Shown here in pieces: positions 14,180 through 28,710 of a DNA stretch of 64,000 bases. The stretch is taken from contig NC_043005.1 in NCBI RefSeq assembly GCF_006345805.1, forward strand, positions 66,836,001 through 66,900,000, in the 5' to 3' direction. Both the position numbers and the translations under genes were made by a program. The first letter of the stretch is position 1, and every line of letters begins with the position of its first letter. The notes under the pieces were generated by a model. That model saw only the letters and a list, made by a program, of their open reading frames with translations. It was not told the DNA's origin and made no database searches. This stretch comes from Octopus sinensis. Lineage: Eukaryota.

Positions 14180-17100
14180 TAAATATGTACCTAAATTTAT
14201 ACGTTAGATATGTACCGTCGAAATTAACTGTTCATCTGCTGCATACGAGAATACTCTTATGTAATCTCCGAGGTTTTCATCATCTGTCACACCTGTATTT
14301 TGAGGGTTAATCCGTTCCTCGGTGAGGCACCCCACATAACTCTCGGATCCACTTTATCAGAGTGTACCCTCTTGCAATATTTCGGATCAGACTGTGGTTT
14401 GGTGATAGTTAGGAGCGCTAATTTGTATTTGGATGCTTACCTCAATCATACATTTAATTGTTTGCTTTCCTCCTACGTAAAAATATCACAAATGATTGAA
14501 ACATTTACCATTAATTGCAGAGAGAAGAAACCCGAAAGAAATCTCATATAAGCATAACTATATTGTGCGTCAAATCTTCATGATATTTTTTACTGTAAAG
14601 CATCTCGTCCACTGATCAAAAGCAAGCTTGAGGGGAATAAACATTACGGAGGAGATCGAATAAAATTGAAACATATTTATAACTGCCAGCTTCAGTTACC
14701 TCAAGTATCAGATGTGTAACGAAGCATGAATATTCTTCGTAAGAAATTCTTAATGTCTTGGAACTAGCTGCATTTTCTTTTCACAATGTTATCAAGTATC
14801 ACTAGATTAACGTTTACTATCTCCAGCCCAAATGGCGGTTTAAGTTAATTAACATCAGTATCCAGTTGAAATCTTTGGGATAGTAACTGAATTTTGAGAT
14901 TGTAACTGGATTTTTACAAGGAATATTTTCCGTAGCACATTTTCTTCTCATTTGTTCTGATCACAATACGTCGCAATCAATTAAGTCGGTGACTGGGATT
15001 CATGCGAATTCATCAAGCTGCTTAATATTTTTGCTTCCAAGCTAGAAAATTTGACCTCTATTGAAACCCTTTATTTATCAATATTATATCTATCTACGTC
15101 GAAAATTCTCAGGGAAAGATATCAACGTCACTGTTGTAGTTTGCTCAACTATCCACCAAATTTGTTTTATTTGTATCGTAAATCAATAATTAGAGTCATC
15201 ACCGAGAAAGCTAAATGGAGATATTTTAGAACTACCCAAAAATATCACAATCAGTAAAAATTAGTTATTCAGATATTTAAGATTGAAATAAATAATAAGA
15301 AAAGCAACAGCTTTCAAATTTTAGGTAACATTGATGATATATGTAATATAATTACGAACAAGAAATCTAACATAATTATATTGTAATTTAAAATCAGAGT
15401 TCAACTCTTCTATTCCTTAACAAAAATGTTCTTTGAGAAATATCTCAATTGATTTCTATACACATTAGAAAGAAAACTCTTTCAACAATACAGAACAAAA
15501 TGTTGATTGCATTTTCGCTTCCCTTCGTGGAGCTGTTAATACAAGTATTGTGTTGATATAAAAATTTAAATTTCATTTCATATAGCCTAACAATAAATGC
15601 CTCTAAAAATGAAACTCTAACATGAAAAGCGTAACTGTTAAAAAGGCAATATTATGTGTATGTGTTTATATATATGTATGTGTGAATGTGTTTGCGGATG
15701 TGTTGTCGACATATGATTATTGTTAACTTTTATATATTTAACAAATAACATATGATCGTATTAAAATTTTGATACACTGTTCAACAAAAATGTAAATAAA
15801 AGAAGATTATACAGATGTTAAACATGTTGATACTTCTTTCTCACAAGTGGCAGGATTCAATAAAAGAACTGACCTATCAAAAAGACTCGAAGAAAAATCA
15901 TTGCTTTATATTTCTGTGAAATTCTTTTTGTCTGTTTAAATATCTAAATACATTATTCCAATCATTTGTATAAGTAACCATTGAAATGTAGATGGAGGTA
16001 AATATTAAAATTACGAAATCACAAGAAAAGTATAATAAGAGTGTTCATTAAAATTTTCATTCGTAGAGCGAGCATAATGGTAGAAAGAGTTGCATAACAT
16101 TCCTTCCCAAAGAGGCGTATATTTTCTGGTGGCTTTCAATGTCATATCATTATACTTATATGAAATAAACGGAAATGAATTACACATAATACTTGAACAT
16201 ATTTTTAAGATCATGGTTTCCAGTTTCCTTATGTGTGTCGGAAATTCGATATTACATTTAAAATTGGAATAAAGATGATCTTAGGGATCCAAATAGCAAA
16301 TGAATATGTATGAACAAGGCTGAATTGTTGTCAATCCTTTTGATAAACCTAAAGATCTGAGCCAAAATAATTTGTATAGATTGCTTTCAATCAAACCCAA
16401 TATATTATAGCTGGGGACATTTAAGTAATCAAAAGGATGTGCATTCAGAATATTCAAAAGCTAAACAAGTGCAACAATATTAGTCTGGCTCTTTGCCGAT
16501 TATGATAGTCATCTGTTTATCAATAGTTGAACGTAATCTTGAACTGCGAGGCAAGATATTAAGAATAAGAAGTATTTCAAGATCAGTTATAAAGTTTAAT
16601 TATATGCACGAATCATTTCAAAAGTAGAATATCAGAACTGGGGGATACTAGAAAAGTGTATTAATCTGAAACATTAAATAAATGTAAATAATTTATAACT
16701 GGGGCTTTTTTAAATTTCAAACGCTGAGTTCGGAAACAATTTCTAAAAGTAATCGTAATAAAAACAAATGTTTTTGTGTAATTAATCGAGAATATTTTTG
16801 AAATCTTGGTATACATAAAATATAATTTCCTTTGAACAAGGCACAAGTTTTTTTATTATTTTAGAGTGAAGTCTAATTCTAAAAACCTGCTTCTTTATTT
16901 TCTTTAAATTCACGAAGCTTGCTAATTTAGAAAGTCACTTCTTGTTTCAGTAGAAACTCAAAGCCGAAATATTGAGCAATTTCTGAAATATGAAGAAAAC
17001 GAAAGGAAAAGCCTTCATCAATACAATTAATTTCAGACATAGAGGGACACTGTTAATATCGCAAAATACTTTTAAATGTTGACAACGAATTTAAAAGGAA

Positions 17101-19003
17101 TTTGTTTTGCTGATCTCACTATTTTATTGAATATGTCAAATATTTCTCTCACAGCAATGGATGTAGTGTATCCTGCGCAATACTAGTATAAGCTTTGGAT
17201 AACTGATCGACTGTTTATTGACTCACTGAGTCTAACCTACATATAAAAAACATATAAAATATTCTTTGCTCAGTTTTATTGTACATTTTGGATTAATTTT
17301 GACAAAATATTGAAAAATATGTATTTTATAATAGGCAGTTTCAGAGACATAAGAGAACGTCAGTATGCTTTCTAAAATATAAAATAAATTATTTATAATT
17401 CTAGTGAAACCGAGCAGAATATTGCGATGCTTCATTCTTTCCCACTAACAATAAAAGATCACCTAAATTTATTTTTTTTTACACCTACAAAATAGAGATC
17501 AAAGTTATTTAGAATATACACGTGCTTACAAAAGAAGGGAACGAAAATATTTTGTTGAAAATTTTATACAACGACAGAAGAGAAATTATACATTCTGATA
17601 AAGAATAAACGATTTATCCATAGATTGTGCTTCCATGAAACCTATCTTGATCAAAAACAAAATCTCCAATACCAGTGTGATATGGCTAGAAGTGTATCAT
17701 TTATAATATCGATTGTAGTTTCGACGAGTTAGCATTCCAGTTATTTGATATTATGGATTACCTTGAAATTGGAAGACAAAGAGTAATCTTAATGCAAATT
17801 TCTGATAGAATCAGAATAATTATGTGTGTGATGGTGTCGCGCTACCGAAATATTGGTAGACCCATCCGCACGAACTTCTGCATAGTTCAGGTAACGGTTT
17901 TAAACGTGGTACAAAAGTTAGGCAAAATGCCGACCATTGAGAAGGTAATAGAATCACTGCATTTCAGTCAAATTTGAGTTCCCTATATTTATATAATAAG
18001 AAGAGACATTGAAAAAGTACCTGTAGATTTCAGTGGTCTAGCATAGCGATTGATTGGAAATAAAGTTTGAAAGTAAGGGAGATAATAAGAAAAAGAGCTT
18101 AAAAGAAAGGGAGATAACAAAGTGATTGGGATCCCAAGATCAGGTGCGCGTGCGCTTGTGTGTATGTGAGAATAGAGTGTGAATGTGTGTGATTAGGGGT
18201 GAGTAACTCTGACGTGTGTGCCTGTGTAACGTGTGTGGGTGTGTTGTGTGTAGCGGTTGAGGTTAGCTTTATCACATGGTGTGTGCACATGTGTGAGCGT
18301 GTGTCTGTGACCAAACAGTGTGCATGTCTATGATGTATATATGTGGGCGCAAGATATTTTCTCTATGTACGTTGCGTCCGTTAATGCTTGTAGCATGTGT
18401 TTGTATATATAAGCCTTTGTTCAGGTATTATGTGCTTGTGTGGGTGTGGGACTGTGCATGATGGTGTGTTGTGTGTATACTGAGTTAAACGGTGTGTGTA
18501 GCTGCTCAAATAGTGGTATGTGTGGTGACGCTATTGAAGATTGTGGGTGTGTGGAAGACGGTGTTTGGTGTGGAAGATAGTGTATGGTGAGGGTGCTGGG
18601 AAGTGGTCAGTGCTAGTGTGCGTCGAGTGGTGTGGGGTGGTATCAAATGAAGAGAGGAATTGAAGTAGGTGTCAAATGAAGAGAGGGAATGAGGTAGGTG
18701 TCAGATGAAGAGAGAGATGAATTGGGCCCATGTGGTGCAAAAGAGCGACGAGAGAAGATTAATTGGTGTTCACAGAGAAGACAGAAGTCCGGATTGCGCC
18801 TTTCCAAAGACAGTCCAAATATAGACAGATGTTGTAGCGAATGACCAGCAGACCAGAAATGCGCGAGACCGGGGAGTCATTGCCGAGTTTGATGCCTCGT
18901 AGGTGCTCCGTGAACCGGTCAGCCAAGTGGCGTCCCTTTTGCCGGACGTGCAGAGAGAGCAGGAGAGACAGCGGGAGCAGGAGATGCAGTAAATATTGTT
19001 ACT

Positions 19004-19240
19004 TATTTATTTATTTATTGCCCACAAAGGTCTAAACATAGAGGGGACAAACAAGGACAGACAAAGGGATTAAGTCGATTACATCGACCCCAGTGCGTAA
19101 TTGGTACTTTATTTACTGACCCCGAAAGGATGAAAGGCAAAGTCGACCTCGGCGGAATTTGAACTCAGAACATAAAGACAGACGAAATACCGCTAACCAT
19201 TTCGCCCGGCGTACTAACATTATTGCCTGCTCGCTGCCTT
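19004..19240 (-). mobile_element. SINE family A inserted in the Penelope endonuclease region
   Basis: Near-consensus copy; imperfect TSD atattgttact / atgatgttact. Confidence 0.9.
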
Positions 19241-20722
19241 ATATGATGTTACTAGAAGCAAAGGCAAAGGAGTCGGTGATGTGATAGGGACGGTGATGGG
19301 TGTCTGGGAGGGTGGTGGTGTTGGAGAGCTAGAGGCAGGTGCGACAGCGAAGGTTGTAGCAGGGAAACAAGCCAGGTCGAGAGGTGAGGTTAGGGAAGAA
19401 AGTGTGGGCCAAGCGGTCATGCAGGTTATGGGCTCGTTTGAAGGAGGGAAAGGGCTGATTTTAGGAGATGTTCGTGGTGGAGGGGCCAGACTGCTGAGCC
19501 GGAAGGCTTGGAGAATCGTGCATTCCAGGGGCAGGGGGAAATGGTAGGTGAAGGGAAACGTGAGACGGGCAACGACGGAGAGGGTGCGAGGAAAAAGAGC
19601 AGAGGCACAGTCCACGGATCGTGCCTGGCAAGCGCAGTGTAGATGGTAGTGATGGGATATCTTCGTAGTATGACGTGAAGAGCCATGAGATGACATTCAA
19701 TCTCAAAGTCATTGTTGTAGCTACAGTGCCTCCACAGACGGAGAAATTGGGAATAGGGCTTGGAGAGCTCTGTGTTGGTAGGTGGGAGGAGGAGCAGAAG
19801 TTAGGTAGGAGTGTGAGACAGTGTGTTTGTAGTGGATGGAGGTAGTGAGAGAACATAGTGGTATATTTTGGCAGAAATGTTGAGAAATTCAACGGAAGAG
19901 TTAGAGAAAGTGCAGGAAAATACGAGGGTAGGATGGGAGGATTGGACAAAAAGGAGGAAGAAGTCTAGCTGTTTGTGGGAGAGTGAGATCGTGTCGATAC
20001 AGTCATCGATATAATGACTGTATAGTTCTGGAGTTGGACCAGTGTATTGTGAGAATATTGTGGCCCCAACGTATGCAACGAACAGGTTCGCATAGTTGAG
20101 GCCTATTCTCCTTCCCATGGCCAAGAGAAAAATAGTAAAAGTAAAAAAAGGAGAGAGAACGGCAAAGTATTAACGTACAGTTCAGAAAGTATAAAGTGTA
20201 AAATTTGTGGTAGATTGGAGCGATTTACATTAACCAAAAAATCCAGTGAAATCCGTGAAAATAGAGTCAGTAGATCCAGAATTGCGATCAAATCTGGCGA
20301 GCACGGGTAAGATTAACATTCACAAGAGTGGAGGGTATCTGCGACGAGTGAATAGCTGGGCCAAGTATTGGAAGAAAATCTCGAAATCATGGTCACGACA
20401 ACACAGACGCCAGAGACGCTGGAGTTGCAAAATGGGATGGCCCATTCGGTTTGGGCGGGGTGAGTGTAGGAAAGATCGAGGTTGAAGTGGGACTTAATAT
20501 GTTTTAAGAAGGTGGAAGTGGTGAAAGAGAAGATCAATAATAGAGAGAGAGAGAGAGAGAGAGAGAGGGCGAGGGTGGAATAGAGATAAAGATAGGGAAA
20601 GAAAGTGAGATATCCAGAAAATGAAACACATATGATAAGATTTATAGTACCGATGTACAATTGTAAGATCAAAGTATCTAAGTGTAGGGAGTTTCTAAAC
20701 GTCAAGCAGTCCGTGGTAAATA

Positions 20723-21945
20723 TCAGGCTGAGTAAAAAGTAAGCAACGTTTTAAACCATGAAGAATTTGTACCGGATTTTTGCAGAGATTTGATTTTTTT
20801 AAATGTTTTTTTGAAATTGTCTGATAATACAGACTTAGAATTGCCCAAATGCTTAAATAAATTAACATTCATATTTTTTCCCGTTGTTACAATCATATGA
20901 AATGGAACTATCAAAGCGCAATTTTCGAGCAATTTTGCTGTTCAAGTTCTAAGATGGACGTAAAGCAGCTGAAACTGCTCGCAAAATCAACTGTGGTCAG
21001 TTCGAATACAGTTTAAACGATTTCGCAGTGGATACTTGAGCCTTGAAGATCGTGAGCGAAATGGACGCCTTCTGTCATCGATGACGGCCAATTGAATACC
21101 GTCATTGAGAAAGGTCCACATAAAAACACTCGAGAACTGGCATAAGAACTTCAAGTTAGCCAGAAAACTGCCTGAAACTATTTGCATGCGATCGGAAAAT
21201 CACAAAGAAAAATTGTCAAATGGGTACCACACAATTTCAATGAAAATCAGAAAATGCGCAGATATGAAATTTGCTCATCATTTCTCCGTAATCAGACTGA
21301 TCCATTTCTCGACTGTATTTTAACCTGCGATGAAGAGTGGATTTTTGTACACTAATAATAATAAAAATGTTCTTCGCGGTGTTTGGGACAAAACAAAGCA
21401 CCGGAAACATTCACTCAACCCGAGCTCTTCAAAATGAAGTTTATGGTGACTGTTTGGTGATGTACGCTGGAATCTTCACTGAAACTTCTTAACACCCGGA
21501 AAAACGATTACAACAGAAACATATTGCCAAGAAATTGCCAAAACGAACGAAAAACTGCTACCCCTCCGTCACAGATTGGTCAACAGAACAGAGCCAATCA
21601 TTCTTAAAGACAATACTCGACCACAGGTTTCAATAATGACGTACCAGTAGTTGAATGAACTTGGCTACGGATGTCTTCCTACCCAGCGTATTCCCCTAAC
21701 ATTTCTCCTTGATGATTTCCTGCGAGAGAAGTTCAAAATTCAAACCGATGCTGACAGTGCGTTCAAAGAGTTTATCAGCTCCAGAACTCCAGATATTTAT
21801 GTTATCGGAATAAAAAAATTTATAACGCGTTTGCCAAAATGTGTTGATTGTAATGTTACTTTGAGGTATAATATTTCCGCATAACTGAAATATATTTATG
21901 ATAAATTTCATGTTTCAAACGTTATTTGCATTTTACTCAGCCTGA
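20723..21945 (+). mobile_element. Mariner transposon (second family), near full length, pseudogenised, nested in the Penelope relic
   Basis: TIRs tcaggctgagtaaaa...aacgttt / aaacgtt...ttttactcagcctga with TA flanks; ATG 20902 MELSKRNFRAILLFKF; WVPH at 21221, TCDEEWI ~21323, DNTRP ~21609. Confidence 0.93.
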
Positions 21946-22309
21946 TATAAGAAAAGAAAAACGCTCAGGTACAATGATAGTTTACTGGCATTGATGTTTG
22001 TAGGCTTTTCCCACATCGAAGTGCGATAGGAGGAAAAAGATTATGTATAGATCACGGTTAGCAACTAGAAATGCTATGAATGTGAATAAAAATTTTTTAA
22101 AAGTAGGGACTGGAACAAGGAAAAAAGGCTAGATATATTTCCTAGCTAGGAAATCTATATATATGATATATATATCATATAACAAACGCACACACACACA
22201 CACACACACCACATTGATATCAGTGGGACAGCTGATGATGGCGGTGTGTCGGATTGGTGGTAAGGCTGTTATTGTATGTGCGGAGTAGTTTTATAAAACA
22301 GCCATTTGA

Positions 22310-22351
<42 letters not shown>

Positions 22352-22371
22352 CATATATATATATATAATAT

Positions 22372-22422
<51 letters not shown>

Positions 22423-22424
22423 AT

Positions 22425-22590
22425 TCTGTTATTCTTTTATTTGATTCAGACATTGATTGCGGCCATGCAGCATCACCATCTGTTTTGGAGCAAATCGCCC
22501 CCTGGACTTATTCTTTGTAAGCCTCGTACTTATTCTATTTGTCTCTGTTGCCGAACCGCCGCTAAGTTACATGGTCGTAAACACGCACTC
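22425..22590 (-). mobile_element. SINE family B, 3' fragment
   Basis: gcggccatgc...gacttattctttgtaagcc...gccgaaccg matches the reverse complement of the copies at 23.6 and 24.2 kb. Confidence 0.8.
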
Positions 22591-22608
22591 ATACTTACAC
22601 ACGCACAC

Positions 22609-22790
<182 letters not shown>

Positions 22791-22923
22791 TTTGGGCAGA
22801 ATTTCTGCCACCATTTCACTTCAATTTCACACTATTTGGTCATCATTTTATCTCTGTTATTTCATGACTAGAATTTCTCAAGCATCCCGTCAGTATCTGC
22901 AATATTGCATTCTCATAACGTTA

Positions 22924-22967
<44 letters not shown>

Positions 22968-23511
22968 CTTCGTCTCACTTATATGCGTTAATTCATTCCT
23001 TCTTCCGTCCGATAGCCACACTTCCTGAGAGAATGTCTCCCCTGTTAGATGATTTCTGTCTATTTCTCTCAAATACTTCCTTTTCCCTAAAGCTCTCACA
23101 CATTTATTTGTCAATCTTATCCTTCTGCTTTTGAATAAGCAAAAAAAGAAAAAAATTGTCATCACTCTACTAAGCAGAGTCACTACCGACTCCTTCCGCA
23201 TCAATTACTTTACACGTTAACTGCTATCCCTACTGTCTACTGCAGTGCTTTATCTTTGTTCTTTCTTCTCATATACGCTCCGTTTCTTCACCTGCTACTT
23301 CCTCAATCTCTTCTTTTTCTCCCCTCTATATATTTCAAGGCCTGCGGATGACAGCTGGCTATTTCTGCCTGCTTTCACTGTTGTTTCAAATATTTCTCCT
23401 TTGATATACTTACGGTCAGACATGGAGAAGAAACAGAACGCACAAAATATGGAGATGTCACATGTCTATTTATTAGTTTTATATATATATATATATACTT
23501 CCATGTATGTA

Positions 23512-23590
<79 letters not shown>

Positions 23591-23594
23591 TATA

Positions 23595-23988
23595 GGCGCA
23601 GGAGTGACTGTGTGGTAAGTAGCTTGCTAACCAACCACATGGTTCCGGGTTCAGTCCCACTGCGTGGCATCTTGGGCAAGTGTCTTCTGCTATAGCCCCG
23701 GGCCGACCAATGCCTTGTGAGTGGATTTGGTAGATGGAAACTGAAAGAAGCCTGTCTTATATATGTATATATGTATGTGTTTGTGTGTCTGTGTTTGTCC
23801 CCCTAGCATTGCCTGACAACCGATGCTGGTGAGTTTACGTCCCCGTCACTTAGCGGTTCGGCAAAAGAGACCGATAGAATAAGTACTGGGCTTACAAAGA
23901 ATAAGTCCTGGGGCCGATTTGCTCGGCTAAAGGCGGTGCTCCAGCATGGCCGCAGTCAAATGACTGAAACAAATGAAAAAAAAAGAAA
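23595..23988 (+). mobile_element. tRNA-derived SINE family B, full length, within (TA)n
   Basis: A-box/B-box-like head (tgtgtggtaag...ggttcagtccc), ttgggcaagtgtctt core, internal TA/TG microsatellite, gactgaaacaa tail. Confidence 0.9.
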
Positions 23989-24012
23989 ATATATATATAT
24001 ATACTTATATAT

Positions 24013-24044
<32 letters not shown>

Positions 24045-24050
24045 CTTATA

Positions 24051-24098
<48 letters not shown>

Positions 24099-24099
24099 T

Positions 24100-24165
<66 letters not shown>

Positions 24166-24166
<1 letters not shown>

Positions 24167-24373
24167 CGCAGGAGTGGCTGTGTGGTAAGTAGCTTGCTTA
24201 CCAACCACATGGTTCTTGGTTCAAACCCACTGCATGACACCTTGGGCAAGTGTCTTCTACGATAGCCTCGGGCCGACTAATGCCTTGTGAGTGGATTTGG
24301 TAGACGGAAACTGAAAGAAGCCCGTCGTATATATGTATATATATATGTGTATGTGCGTGTTCGTGTGTCTATG

Positions 24374-24408
<35 letters not shown>

Positions 24409-24609
24409 ATAAGTTTGTGCCCCCAACATCACATGACAACCGATACTGTGTTCACGTCCCCGTAACCTAGCGGTTCGGCAAAAAGGGGCCGATAGAATAA
24501 GTACTAGGTTTACAAAGAATAAGTCCTGGGGTCGATTTGCTCGACTAAAGCCGGTGCTCTTGCATGGCCGTAGTCAAATGACTGAAACAAGTAAAAAGAG
24601 TAAAAGAGT
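24166..24609 (+). mobile_element. SINE family B, full length, within (TA)n
   Basis: Colinear with 23595-23988; tail (taaaagag)n. Confidence 0.9.
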
Positions 24610-25473
24610 ATATATATAATTGCGCGCGCGTTTATGTTTGTCAGAGTGTGTGTGCGTACGTGTATCTGAGTGCTTATGAAAATAATATCCATTTGCTGCA
24701 AAAGCTGTATCATTTTCATTGGCTTATATATTTGCTAATTTTATCACCTTACATGTACCAACTATTACATGTACTCGGTTATTCCTTCATGCAACCATAT
24801 GAGCATACACAAAATATCCCCGAATTACAAAAGTATTTTTATTCATGTTATGTGTAATTAACTGCCTCCCATTTTATATCTTGTGCTCTGGCCTTCGATA
24901 TCAACTATTATATAGACCGCCTGTTTTCTTTCTGTAATTTTATACTGCAATAATTTTGTCCTTACCGATGCGAATAATATACCAGTCAAACCAGAGGCAT
25001 ATTTTATTTAAATAAATGTCATTATTACATTGTCTAATTTCTAATTGTGCCTGAGAACAATTCATTCAATGGTGAACATATTAACAAATTAGACAAACTA
25101 CACACACATAAGTGGGGTTAGACAATACATAGATGTGTATGTGTGCGTGTCTGTGTATGCATTTATGTATACACGCATAAGTTTAAACACACAGGGCCCC
25201 CCCCCCATATATATATATACACACATATATATAATTACAAAAACACACGTCTGAATACATAGAAATTATGTTTGCATCTTTTATTCTATATATTTACTTT
25301 GGTCGCTCTTCACGAGGCATAGGTAATCGAAGATATTCGCTCATTTTTTTCTATTTAGTCACAGACGTGGTCCATTCACGCACATCGAGAGTTACAAAGA
25401 GAAGTACACTCCGATTCTACCTGTTTTATTATAATTTTACCGTAAATCTCTCACGTTGAAACCGTATTTTATT

Positions 25474-25790
25474 TCCCAAAAGGGCAGCAGACGCACATAT
25501 AACCTACTGCTGGCACGGGGGCGTAGTGTTGAAAAGTAACGGAGTGGGATTCTCTCGAGGCCCCGAGAGTGTACACTTTAAAACCGGAGGGCAATTCTGG
25601 TGCCAGCGGTCGAGGTAATACATGCTCCGGTAGCGTATATTAGAATTTTTGCATCTGAAAAGCTCGTATTCGGAATCCGGGTCTCGAAAACGTGTCCCAG
25701 CACCCGTCCTCTTCAGTTGTCTGTTCGCTCTCCCGGCCCTATTCGCCGGTGCGTGCACGGTCGGGTCACGGAACTCTGCGCGCATTCACG
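25474..25790 (+). pseudogene. 18S rRNA: 18S rRNA pseudogene fragment (V3 through start of V4)
   Basis: Colinear with the eukaryotic SSU consensus: ggcagcag, ggcacggggg cgtagtg, tctcgaggccc, gtacactttaaa, ggagggcaattctggtgccagcggtcgaggtaat (universal GTGCCAGCAGCCGCGGTAA site with 3 mismatches, 25600-25618), tagcgtatatta, aaaagctcgta. Internal deletions; then a GC-rich V4-like segment. Confidence 0.88.
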
Positions 25791-26795
25791 ATAATACCAT
25801 TTAACACGTGTGTCAATCTTTGTATGTTGGTCTCTTCCTCACTCTCTATATTGTCTTTACAACTATATGCATGCTCACACATTTAATAATAATCAATCTT
25901 TTGTGGCCTCTGTCGTATTTTCTTTTATAATTAGAGGGACATATAAACCCATACCAATACGCCATATGGCCTTTCTCTCAACTTCTAATTTCCTTGAATA
26001 TTTTTACCTTCACATTCTAAGTCAGTCAAATCACGCCATCAAAACTTCAGGGGCGTTTATATCGAAGGTCATAATCTTATGTGTTCCACTTAATTAAACT
26101 GAAGCATACAAATATACATTAATCCCATCTTCCATATTCTATGAGAAACAAACAGTGATCATGCGATAAAACGTGACCTTAAATTGGTTCACCGAGACAA
26201 TAGATTTTACAGTTCGGTTCAAACACAAAAAATCTATATTTAAATGCACCATTTATTGAATTTTACTCAACACTTAAAACTAAACAATTCTCCATAAAGA
26301 AAACATATCAAGCAATCAAATAGGCAGAAGAACAATTTAGGAATCATCTAACATCGAAATGAGTTTCCTATTAAATTAATATTTACAATTATAATGTTGA
26401 ATGTCTAAAGGTGTTTCTTATATTTTCCATTTTTCCATTGTTAGGGATATCTTTCATTTCTCTATGTCTTTCAGAAATTTCAGTGGACGTATTATAAGAA
26501 AGAATTAATTACTTATTCAAAAAGATATTGAAAATAATTATAGTCACGTTGCTTTATAGAAATATGTAGGACACACTGTATTTTAAAAATATTTAATAAA
26601 AAGTGTGTTTAGTTATGTCTTTATATTTTTTTCTTTTTGGATTTCCAAGAACCAACAATTATATTTCAGTTTCTATTTCCATTCAAATAATTTTCAATGT
26701 CTACCTACCCAAATATGTGAATGTGTCTTTATATATGTCAATGAGTTATACATGTCTGTATCTATCAAGCTATCACTTGTAAGCTTCTCCGACTG

Positions 26796-26852
<57 letters not shown>

Positions 26853-26961
26853 TGTACACACACATAAATACATAAGCACAAATATATGTAACATATATAT
26901 TAATATAAATCCTTATGTTTATATATACATATACACATAGACATATTTACATATATATATA

Positions 26962-27003
<42 letters not shown>

Positions 27004-27372
27004 GACGCGGAGGTGGCTGTGTTTTAAGTAGCTAGCTTATCAGCCACATGGTTCCGGGTTCAGTTCCACTGCGTGGCACTTTGGACGGGTGACATCTAAT
27101 ATAGCCTTCGGCCTACAAAGCCTTGTGGGTGGATTTGGAGGACTGGTACCGAGAGAAACCGGTCGTATGTGTGTGTATGTTCCGTGTGTCTATGTTTGTC
27201 CTTCTACCAACGCTTGATAAACGATCATGGTGTGTTTACGTCCTCGCAAATTAGCGGTTCGATAAAAGAGAACGATAGAATAATTACTGGACTTACAATG
27301 AATAAGTCCTGGGTCGATTGTTCGACAATAGGCGGTGTTCCAGCATGACTGAAACAAATAAAAGAATAAGAC
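27004..27372 (+). mobile_element. SINE family B, diverged copy
   Basis: Colinear with 23595-23988 with more substitutions. Confidence 0.85.
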
Positions 27373-27926
27373 AACGAATATATATATATATATATAATAT
27401 ATATATATAATATATATAATATATATATATATTATATATGTATATATATTTACATGCATACACATACACACACATATATATATATATAATATATATATAT
27501 ACATGAAATGTACAAATATATATACATACATGCATACATTACATATAATATGTATATATATATATATATATATGCTAAATGGTGATACAGTATGGACATA
27601 TTGTTGAAATCCAACGAACGTTTATACAAATATACTTTTTCAGGAGATACGGTAGACCTATTATAATGGGTAATACTACGTGTACTTTTAATTTTGTGAT
27701 GTAATATTTGGGCTAACAATGTTTGCGGCTAACGAGAGCTTTAAACCATCTTTTATATCATTAATATACTGATGTAATAACAGATTGTTTATAAAGCTTG
27801 AAACACGTATACCGCGATATCCTTTGTGTTCTGTTTTCAGTTTATGTTTCATATATTTTCTCACCTCTGCCACTATTTGGCATGTACAGTTGCTTACACT
27901 TATCAAGTATTCACTCTAAATTTACA

Positions 27927-27974
<48 letters not shown>

Positions 27975-28046
27975 GTTGATGGCATACGAGATCTCTCTAC
28001 CTATACCTCCATTACTCCCCTCTCTCTCCGTATATATATATATTAT

Positions 28047-28080
<34 letters not shown>

Positions 28081-28271
28081 AATGCGCGTCAGTTCTGTGT
28101 CGATTCCATCATGATTATACTTGTTTCTTCTAGGCACAAACATGTATGTTAAGATTCAGTATGATAGAAAAATTTGTTTTCAATAACGTAAAACATTGTG
28201 TTGATAGCTGCATATGAGAGTTTATAAATTCTGTTATAAAATGATTTATAATTGCCGTAAATATTAGATCT

Positions 28272-28312
<41 letters not shown>

Positions 28313-28659
28313 CTAATTAGTTATTGAAAAATAATTATTTTGATTAATACATTTGTCAATTTTTATATTCAAGTATTTATTCTTCCAATCTTTTCTTGAA
28401 CATTAATTTCTGTATTGCAAACAAAAATCTGTTCTGCTTTTTTAATTTTTTTTATCCACATCTAATTTATCATGATTTATTTAACTGGATGGCATAACGG
28501 CCGCTTCTAGAAAAGTGATTTATGTAAATGTGTCTGGATCGACATAAAGGATTTATCTATTTATTCATATAGCTAGTTATCAATCTATCTATCCATGGAT
28601 GTTTAGTCAAATGAATCGGCCTTAGCACTTATTGTTTAAGCCTGGTGTAAATATATATG

Positions 28660-28701
<42 letters not shown>

Positions 28702-28710
28702 TATATATAT

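Larger units (their letters stand above)
18130..22150 (-). mobile_element. Penelope-like retroelement relic (RT + GIY-YIG), interrupted by a SINE and a mariner
   Basis: Minus-strand RT motifs AMGRRIGLNYANLF, YSHYIDDCI, EFLNI (19.85-20.12 kb); GIY-YIG-type region reading GRHLADRFTEHLR near 18.9 kb; (CA)-rich 3' region; frameshifted. Outer boundaries approximate. Confidence 0.8.

Noticed and set aside
19220-19949. Overlapping 158-162 aa ORFs as host genes
   Set aside because: Out-of-frame or frameshifted readings of the Penelope relic.
22225-22270. CTGATGA...gtcGGAT hammerhead-like motif near the Penelope 5' end
   Set aside because: GAAA core and UH cleavage triplet missing; at most a very decayed relic.
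25504-25886. GC-rich ORFs / CpG-island promoter
   Set aside because: Better explained as an 18S rRNA fragment.
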